This document shows positions 57,341 to 64,000 of a stretch of DNA of 64,000 bases, piece after piece; the stretch's first letter is position 1; every line of letters starts with the position of its first letter. Under the pieces are notes generated by a model. It saw only the letters and a program-made list of their open reading frames with translations. It did not search any database and was not told where the DNA came from. Both the position numbers and the translations under genes were made by a program. This DNA comes from Myxococcota bacterium (lineage in GTDB: Bacteria > Myxococcota > UBA4151): the NCBI GenBank assembly GCA_036338695.1, contig JAYZBQ010000048.1, positions 1 to 64,000 on the forward strand. The letters run 5' to 3'.

Positions 57341-59004
57341 TCGCCGAGCTCAGCATCCAGCATCTTGTCCTTGCGGAAGAGGTCGAGCTCCAGCTCGACG
57401 CCGGGCTGGTGGCGCTGACCGGCGAGACCGGAGCGGGCAAGAGCCTGATCGGTCAGGCGCTCGATCTGGTGACGGGGGGCCGTGCGCAGTCCGGTATGGT
57501 GCGGCGCGGCGAGGAGACGGCGCGCATCGATCTGGCGCTCGAGTTTACCGGTCCGCAGCGCGAAGCCATCGACGCAGAGCTCGCAGAGCTCGGCTTACCC
57601 GCCACGGAGTCGGGTCGCGTCGTCGTTCGGCGCGAGCTCAAGGCGGCGGGCGGCACGCGCGCATGGGTCGGGGGAGCAGCCGTTAGCCTGAGGACCCTCA
57701 CCGCGTTATGGAAGCACCGCCTCCGCCGCATTGATCAGGGCGCAACCACCATCTTTGGCAGCCCTGCTGGCAGACTCCATCTGCTCGACAGGGCGCTCAA
57801 GGACCAGAGCCTGCTGTCCCAAATGGCCGACCACGCCAACGCATGGCGGCTCGCGAAGACCCAGCTCGATGAGCTCACCGAACAGCTCGAACGACAGCAA
57901 GACCAACGTGACCTGATGCGACACTGGGTCGACGAGCTCAGCGAGTTTGCGCCCGAGGAGGGTGAGTTCGACGCGTTGATCGAGCAGCGCCGCCACGCAC
58001 GCGAGACCAAGAGCCTGCGCGCTGCGCTGCAACGCGCTGAGACGATCATCGGCTCGGATCGAGGCATGCTCTCGGGCATGAACGAGCTGCGCTCGATCGC
58101 GCTTCAAACCCAAGAAAGTGAGCCGCTCCACGAGCTCTTGAGTCGTGCGGATCAAGCGATCGATGGGTACCTTAGACACCTTCAACTCTGCACCGCTGAT
58201 CTCGCGATGATCGACGAGGACGCCATCCAAGAGCGCCTGTTTCGCTGGCGAGACTTGGCGCGCAAGCACCGCTGTCAGGAGGCGGAGCTCTGCGACTACT
58301 TCGAGCGCTTACAGCTTGAGCTGGCTCAGCTCGACGCCCCCGAGACAGCGCTTGCCTCCGCTCGCTCAGCGGCGCAGGCGGCCTTGAGCACAGCCCGACG
58401 AACGGCGCAAAAGCTCAGCGCGGCGCGCAAACGGGCGGCTCAGGCGGTGCTCAAGCGGCTCGGCGAGTTTTTACCCGAGCTGGGCTTTCAAGGGGCAGAG
58501 CTACGGTTTGAGTTGATGCAACGCGCCGAGCCCAGCGCGCTCGGCTGGGATGAGCTTCAGATCCTCCTTCAAGCCAACCCGGGTGAGGGCTACACCCCGA
58601 TTCAAAGCGGCGCCTCAGGCGGAGAAAAAGCGCGCATCCTGCTGGCGCTGGACTGCTCGTTGCCGCGCACCGACGCGCTCAACACCGTCTTCTACGATGA
58701 GGTCGACGCCGGCATGGGAGGACTCGCCGCGGCAGCCGTTGCGCGTCTGCTGCGGCAACAAAGCCAGGATGTCCAAGTCCTCGTGGTGACGCATCAAGCG
58801 TCGGTCGCGGCGGCAGCGCACCAGCACCTACGCGTCCACAAGCACACCACCAAAGGGCGAACACAGCTGCAGATCGACGACCTCAACGGCGCGGAGCGCG
58901 AGCGGGAGGTCGTGCGCATGACCAGCGGCGATGTGGCGGTCGATGCGGCGCAGGTGGTTGCGCGCGCCTTGCTCGATGAGGGCGGCGAGCGTGCAACTGT
59001 TTGA
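57337..59004 (+). CDS. recN: DNA repair protein RecN
   Basis: TGETGAGKS, NPGE, ASGGE, DEVDAG and VTH motifs; coiled-coil middle; follows nadK. Confidence 0.92.
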   Translation: MIAELSIQHLVLAEEVELQLDAGLVALTGETGAGKSLIGQALDLVTGGRAQSGMVRRGEETARIDLALEFTGPQREAIDAELAELGLPATESGRVVVRRELKAAGGTRAWVGGAAVSLRTLTALWKHRLRRIDQGATTIFGSPAGRLHLLDRALKDQSLLSQMADHANAWRLAKTQLDELTEQLERQQDQRDLMRHWVDELSEFAPEEGEFDALIEQRRHARETKSLRAALQRAETIIGSDRGMLSGMNELRSIALQTQESEPLHELLSRADQAIDGYLRHLQLCTADLAMIDEDAIQERLFRWRDLARKHRCQEAELCDYFERLQLELAQLDAPETALASARSAAQAALSTARRTAQKLSAARKRAAQAVLKRLGEFLPELGFQGAELRFELMQRAEPSALGWDELQILLQANPGEGYTPIQSGASGGEKARILLALDCSLPRTDALNTVFYDEVDAGMGGLAAAAVARLLRQQSQDVQVLVVTHQASVAAAAHQHLRVHKHTTKGRTQLQIDDLNGAEREREVVRMTSGDVAVDAAQVVARALLDEGGERATV

Positions 59005-60184
59005 GGCGAAGGTCCCTGATCATCATCAACCGCTGGCGGAGCGCATGCGACCCAGCGACCTCAGCGAGGTGATCGGTCAGAGCCACCTACTCGGCGATGA
59101 TGGACTGATCAGCCGCCTGGTGGCGGCGCAGACCATCCCATCCATGATGCTGTGGGGTCCGCCTGGGGTCGGCAAAACCACGCTCGCTCGACTGCTGGCG
59201 CAGAGCACTCGCGCAGCCTTCGAGGCGATGTCGGCGGTCCAAGCAGGAGTCAGTGAACTCAAGGTCATCCTGGCACGAGCGCACGATCGCTTGGGCTACC
59301 ATGGGCAGCGGACCGTCCTCTTCTTGGACGAGATCCATCGCTTCAACAAAGCCCAGCAGGACGTGCTGCTGCCACATATCGAGTCGGGTCGGCTGATCCT
59401 CATCGGCGCGACCACAGAGAATCCAGGCTTCGCCGTGATCCCGGCGTTGCGGTCGCGCTGCATGAGCGTGGCCCTGCATGCGCTCAGCCTCAATGAGTTG
59501 GCGCGCGTGCTCAAGCGAGGGGCGGCGGTGCTCGAGCGCGAGCTCACGACCCCAGCGATCGAGCGGATCATCCGCACCGCACAAGGCGACGCCCGGCGGT
59601 GCCTTAATCTGCTCGAGTGGAGTCATCACCTGGTCCCACAGGGTCCGCTGACCGAGGAAGCGGTCTCGGTCGCCGCCGATCGCGTCGCGGTTCTCGGCGA
59701 TCGCCAAGGCGATCACCACTACGACACCATCTCGGCGCTGATCAAAAGCCTGCGCGCCTCCGACTCGAACGCAGCGTTGCATTATCTGGCGCGCATGCTC
59801 GAAGCGGGCGAAGACGTCGCCTTCATCGCCCGCCGCCTGGTGATCTTTGCGTCTGAAGACGTGGGTAACGCCGCGCCCATGGCGCTGGTGGTGAGCCAAG
59901 CCGCAGCCGACGCCGTGCGCTTTATCGGGATGCCAGAGGCTGCGCTCACCCTAAGCCAAGCGGTCACCTTCCTCGCCGACGCGCCTAAGTCGCGCGCCTG
60001 CACCGAAGCGATCCAGGCGGCGCGCAGCGACCTCCAAACGGAGGCGTGGCCGCCGATTCCAGACCATCTTCTGAATCGAAAACGACCGACGAACGTCAAG
60101 AACCAACAAGAGGCTGGTCCGCTCTTGCCGAAGACGCTAGCAGACCGGTGCTACTATCCGAAGCGAGAGGTGCTTGATGACTGA
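58991..60184 (+). CDS. rarA: Replication-associated recombination protein A (RarA/MgsA)
   Basis: PLAERMRP, GPPGVGKTT, DEIHRF, GATTENP, ISALIKS and ASEDVG motifs; start moved to GTG 58991. Confidence 0.94.
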   Translation: MQLFEAKVPDHHQPLAERMRPSDLSEVIGQSHLLGDDGLISRLVAAQTIPSMMLWGPPGVGKTTLARLLAQSTRAAFEAMSAVQAGVSELKVILARAHDRLGYHGQRTVLFLDEIHRFNKAQQDVLLPHIESGRLILIGATTENPGFAVIPALRSRCMSVALHALSLNELARVLKRGAAVLERELTTPAIERIIRTAQGDARRCLNLLEWSHHLVPQGPLTEEAVSVAADRVAVLGDRQGDHHYDTISALIKSLRASDSNAALHYLARMLEAGEDVAFIARRLVIFASEDVGNAAPMALVVSQAAADAVRFIGMPEAALTLSQAVTFLADAPKSRACTEAIQAARSDLQTEAWPPIPDHLLNRKRPTNVKNQQEAGPLLPKTLADRCYYPKREVLDD

Positions 60185-60353
60185 GCCATCCAAGGCCGTG
60201 ACCGACGCGATCCAATCCGGCAACAACGGCGCCGCGGCGCGTGCGGCGGGCGACGATTTGCCGGCGAGCCTGGTTCGAGACCCCATCTATGCGCTGATCT
60301 ATGGTGGCGGGCTCATCGTCTACGGGGCGCTCATCGTCGCCTTTTTGCTCTAG
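60177..60353 (+). CDS. Small 58-aa protein with a C-terminal TM helix
   Basis: Translated by hand: MTEPSKAVTDAIQSGNNGAAARAAGDDLPASLVRDPIYALIYGGGLIVYGALIVAFLL*. GAGGTG RBS; fills the gap between rarA and the next gene. Confidence 0.65.
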   Translation: MTEPSKAVTDAIQSGNNGAAARAAGDDLPASLVRDPIYALIYGGGLIVYGALIVAFLL

Positions 60354-60362
60354 GGAGAGATT

Positions 60363-61331
60363 ATGCTGTCCATCATCCTCACGCTGAGCGCTGTCTCGCC
60401 GGCAGATTCGGTGACGACGCTGGCGAAAGATCGCCGCGCCATGCGCCAGCTCAGGACTTTTCCCGGGATCAAGACCTGCAACAAAAACTGGGTCCTTAAA
60501 CGCACGAATTCCGAAGGCGATCTGTGCCGGATGGCGCTGCTGGCATCGACCGCAAAAGACGGCAGGAACATCCGCAAGAGCTCCAAAGACTACGAGATGA
60601 CGACGGTCCGGCGCGCCGCCTACTTGGTCGAGGCGATCAGCTACGCTGAGAAGGCAGCCGCCAAGCTCACCAAAGGCAAGGTCGCCAAACAGTGGAAACT
60701 GCTCAAAGCGACCCGCGCCATCAGCGAGGTCTGTCCGATCATCGATGATCTCATCCAAGAAGCGGCGATGGCACCGCTGAGCGCCGTCAAGGCGCGCAGC
60801 CTGTCCTCCGCCCTCAAACAGGGCGTCACCGCCCGCCAAGCGACCTGCCGCTGCATGAACGCGCTGCGCACGGTCAGCCAACCCCTCAAGTCGAAGCAGA
60901 AGTTTGTCCTTCGAGCGCGGGAGCAAGTCGGGATGTCCGGATGCATCGCACAGCGGCTCGAAGTCGCACGGGCAACGCAATACGTCGCCCCCAAGCGCAG
61001 CCGCTTCTCTAAGGCGGGTCGAGCTCAAAGGGTCGCCGAGACCAAGCGCCTGGCGGCGCCCTCTCGCCAAGAGGCGGCGATGAACGTCATTGAGCGCAAC
61101 CGCAGCGAGATCAACTCGTGCGCCGCCGAGGCGCGCAAGCTCGGCGGAAACCGCAGCATGCGGGCCAAGCGCATGAAGCGCTGCATCTGCCCGTCGGCAA
61201 AAGGGTGGCGCTTCGCACCGGGCAAACCGATGATGCTGGAGGAGGAAGCGAGCAAAGGGACGCTCATCCTCCGGCTCGAGACCGGTCGGCGCGGGCGAGT
61301 GAAGAAGTGCGGAGTGGTCGTGAAGAAGTGA
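60363..61331 (+). CDS. Hypothetical exported, basic, Cys-rich protein
   Basis: GGGAGAG RBS; hydrophobic N-terminus; stop overlaps the mutS2 start (GTGA). Confidence 0.7.
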   Translation: MLSIILTLSAVSPADSVTTLAKDRRAMRQLRTFPGIKTCNKNWVLKRTNSEGDLCRMALLASTAKDGRNIRKSSKDYEMTTVRRAAYLVEAISYAEKAAAKLTKGKVAKQWKLLKATRAISEVCPIIDDLIQEAAMAPLSAVKARSLSSALKQGVTARQATCRCMNALRTVSQPLKSKQKFVLRAREQVGMSGCIAQRLEVARATQYVAPKRSRFSKAGRAQRVAETKRLAAPSRQEAAMNVIERNRSEINSCAAEARKLGGNRSMRAKRMKRCICPSAKGWRFAPGKPMMLEEEASKGTLILRLETGRRGRVKKCGVVVKK

Positions 61332-63700
61332 GCGACCCGCTCCACCTCAGCCGGCTCAGCACTTGGCTCAACGACCACGCATCAACCCCGTTCGGCCGCG
61401 AGCAACTCAAAGACAAACCCCTCGCAGAGGGCGTCGAGCTCGAGCGACGCCTCGAGGCTGCGGTCGCGTGGGCGGAGCTCCTCGGTCTCGACGATACCCC
61501 GGGGCTTTACCTTGAGGCAGACTGCCGCCCCAGCCTCGATCGCGTCCGGCGCGGCGGACAGCTTGACCCGTCTCAACTCAACGAGGTCAAACAGCTCACC
61601 CGGGTGCTGACGGACCTGCGACCGCTCAACAACACGCCTCATGCGAGCGTCAGCGGGCTAGCCTCTGCGCTCGGCGACTATGAAGACCTCCTGGTTCGAC
61701 TCGAAGCCAGCGTCGGTCCAGCCGGCGACCTGCTCGACGGCGCCAGCGCAGAGCTCGGCACCCTGCGCGCTCGCCATGAGTCCGCCAAGCGGCGCTATGC
61801 CGAGCTCGCCGATGACCTGCGCGACACCCTCCACAGCGAGGGGCACTTATCCGACCGCTACGTCACGCAGCGCGACGACCGCCACGTGCTGCCGGTCAAA
61901 GCGGCGTCTAAACGTCAATTTGGCGGCGTCGTGCACGACGCAAGCCGTTCGGGTAAAACCGCCTATGTCGAGCCTGCGCAGCTGATTGAAGCGGGCGCTC
62001 AAGTGCGTAAGACAGAAGATGCTGTGCGCGCAGAAGAGCAACGAATTCTCAAGCGCCTCTCGAGCCTCGTCGCGACCCACGCGACCGAACTCGGCGACGA
62101 CATCAGGATCCTTGGTACGCTCGATGCCGATCGTGCGCGCGGCGCGTTTTCACGGACCTTTGATGGGGTGGCTCCTCGTTTCCATGAACGCGGCATCAGG
62201 CTCCAAGCGCTCCGGCCACCCGCGCTCCTCCTCGCCGGGTTGGAGCGCGTGGTGCCTTTCGACATGACCCTCGAGGCGCCGACCCGGGTCTTGATCATCA
62301 GCGGCCCTAACGGAGGCGGTAAGTCCGTTGCGTTGACCGCCTGCGCGTGGGCTTTCGAGTTGGCGCGGCGCGGCGTACCCATCCCTGCGCAACACGCCGA
62401 GTTACCGGCGCCTCCTTACGCCGTCGCGGCGGTGGTCGGCGACGCCGCTGACGACCGCGCCGCACACTCCACCTTCTCCGGTCACCTCGAGTCGCTGCAA
62501 CGCGCTCTTGAGGTCGCTGACCAAGAGCGCTCGCTCATCGTGATCGACGAGATCGCAAGCGGCACAGAGCCGACTGCGGGCAGCGCCATCGCCTGTGGCT
62601 TTCTTGAGTGCCTGGCGGAGCGCAACGCCTTGGTCGTGACCACAACGCACTACGACCCCGTCAAACAGCTCGGACTCCAGCACCCTAAGATGCGAGCAGC
62701 CGCCGTACGCGACCGACGAGATCCCGAGGTCGCTTTTCGGCTCTTCATCGACGAGGTCGGCGGGTCGCACCCGATCAAACTTGCCGTGGACCTCGGACTC
62801 CCCGACGACGTGATCGCACGAGCCCGGCATCACCTCGACCCCGAACGGCGCGCCGAGCTCGATCAACTCAAGGCGCAACAGAGCGAGGCGACGCAGCTTG
62901 AGCGCTTGCGCCAGGAGCTGCGCGCCGAACGCCAAGAGCTGAGCGAGCGCCACGACGAACTCGTCGCGCAACGCGCTCGGCTCGAGGCGCAGGAAGCCAA
63001 GCGCCAAAGGGCCTATGAGCGAGACAAAGAGCGTCTGCAGCAGCTCAAAGGCGAGCGCTTAGCCCAGATCGACGCGCTGCGATCCGAGCTCAGCGAGACG
63101 ATCAAAGCGCTACGCAGCCAAGGCGGCGCCGACGCTGCAAAGGCGGGGGATCGGTTGTTTGGTCAGGTCAACGACCTGCGGCAATCGGCGCAAGCGCTCG
63201 AGCTCACCAAAGAGGAGTCTGCGGCGCCGGCGACAACGATCCAAGTCGGCGACACCGTGCGCCTGTTCTCAGGAGGGAACACGGGGGTCGTGCAGGAGTT
63301 CCGTGGGAACCAGGCGGTGGTTTTGATCGAGGGCAAAGTGTTTCACCTGAGCCGAAAACAGCTGCAGCGCGCCGAGTCGTCATCACCTCGCCAAGCGCGA
63401 CGCGCACAACGCAAAGCGAACAAGGCTGCGAACCAGACCATCGCGGTGACGGACGCCAGCGCGCCCACGCTGGATCTACGCGGCCTGAGGCCCTTTGAGG
63501 CCGAGGCGCGTATCGACCGATTTTTGCAACAGCTCGTTGATGCTGATTGCGCTGGGCGCGTCATTCACGGCATCGGCACCGGGGCTTTGCGTAAGAAGAC
63601 GCTTCGCTATCTGAGCGAAGGACCTTGGAATGTAGCCTTCCGTGGTGGGTTCAGTACGGAAGGTGCCGACGGCGTCACCGTCGTGCGTGTGGAGGGCTGA
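61328..63700 (+). CDS. mutS2: MutS2-family protein with Smr domain
   Basis: G.VHDASRSGKT.YVEP, ISGPNGGGKS, STFSGH, DEIASGT and TTHY motifs; coiled coil; LDLRG...IHGIGTGALR Smr domain; start moved to GTG 61328. Confidence 0.92.
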   Translation: MSDPLHLSRLSTWLNDHASTPFGREQLKDKPLAEGVELERRLEAAVAWAELLGLDDTPGLYLEADCRPSLDRVRRGGQLDPSQLNEVKQLTRVLTDLRPLNNTPHASVSGLASALGDYEDLLVRLEASVGPAGDLLDGASAELGTLRARHESAKRRYAELADDLRDTLHSEGHLSDRYVTQRDDRHVLPVKAASKRQFGGVVHDASRSGKTAYVEPAQLIEAGAQVRKTEDAVRAEEQRILKRLSSLVATHATELGDDIRILGTLDADRARGAFSRTFDGVAPRFHERGIRLQALRPPALLLAGLERVVPFDMTLEAPTRVLIISGPNGGGKSVALTACAWAFELARRGVPIPAQHAELPAPPYAVAAVVGDAADDRAAHSTFSGHLESLQRALEVADQERSLIVIDEIASGTEPTAGSAIACGFLECLAERNALVVTTTHYDPVKQLGLQHPKMRAAAVRDRRDPEVAFRLFIDEVGGSHPIKLAVDLGLPDDVIARARHHLDPERRAELDQLKAQQSEATQLERLRQELRAERQELSERHDELVAQRARLEAQEAKRQRAYERDKERLQQLKGERLAQIDALRSELSETIKALRSQGGADAAKAGDRLFGQVNDLRQSAQALELTKEESAAPATTIQVGDTVRLFSGGNTGVVQEFRGNQAVVLIEGKVFHLSRKQLQRAESSSPRQARRAQRKANKAANQTIAVTDASAPTLDLRGLRPFEAEARIDRFLQQLVDADCAGRVIHGIGTGALRKKTLRYLSEGPWNVAFRGGFSTEGADGVTVVRVEG

Positions 63701-64000
63701 TGCAGACCATCGAGGCGGGCTTTAAGCTCTTTGAGTGGCAGTACGACGTCATCGCTGAGCGAAACGCTGTGCGCTCGGTCTTCTCAGGGCGCTCGACCAG
63801 CTACCAAGTCTTCGTAATGCGCCTCCTCGAAGAGGGGTTGTACCGCTTCGTCATCCTCTGTCCGATCGAGGCCGCGCTTGAGCACCGAGCCGGTCTGGGC
63901 GAGTTCCTTCATCGCACCAACACCAGCCTACCCCTCGGGGCTTTTGAGCTGGAGGTGGATCGCGGCGCCGTGCGCTGGGTGAGCAGCGTCGAGACCAACG
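63700..64000 (+). CDS. YbjN-like protein, truncated by the window edge
   Basis: ATG overlaps the mutS2 stop; MQTIEAGFKLFEWQY...EFLHRTNTSLPLGAFELEVDRGAVRW resembles the YbjN N-x4-G-x-F motif. Confidence 0.6.
   Translation, partial: MQTIEAGFKLFEWQYDVIAERNAVRSVFSGRSTSYQVFVMRLLEEGLYRFVILCPIEAALEHRAGLGEFLHRTNTSLPLGAFELEVDRGAVRWVSSVETN

Noticed and set aside
60050..60184. Shortened RarA C-terminus as a pseudogene signal
   Set aside because: The frame is continuous, the ATPase motifs are intact and a terminal LP...YY.P motif remains; more likely an in-frame deletion.

Overview
High-GC bacterial chromosomal DNA whose gene content points to Myxococcota or a related deltaproteobacterium (inference). 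Positions 1-53,975 are one long minus-strand gene run. By increasing coordinate it holds: a nucleoside-catabolism cluster (nupC partial, pdp, deoC, a membrane protein, a degenerate UDG); a triple-domain DsbA; a DEAD-box helicase; a lone mreB; a class III adenylate cyclase; queE-queC; a type II secretion operon (gspC-N); an MFS transporter, rhodanese, ArnT-like glycosyltransferase and rmlA-like gene; an OPX plus beta-barrel polysaccharide-export pair; a contiguous Agl/Glt-like motor cluster headed by an mglB with no adjacent mglA; tRNA-Leu(CAA); lspA, secA, an M23 peptidase and a PP2C phosphatase. From about 54,118 the + strand carries motA with two tandem motB genes, NAD kinase, recN, rarA, two hypothetical genes, mutS2 and a partial YbjN-like gene. 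I saw no CRISPR array, IS element, integrase or prophage. Best leads: (1) a self-contained Agl/Glt-like machine with an orphan MglB and an Asp-to-Asn, Cys-rich ExbD, next to a polysaccharide translocon; (2) a DeoC with an apparent microcompartment encapsulation peptide; (3) a stator operon with two dissimilar MotB subunits and no flagellar genes nearby. All family calls come from motif recognition by eye; no database search was run.
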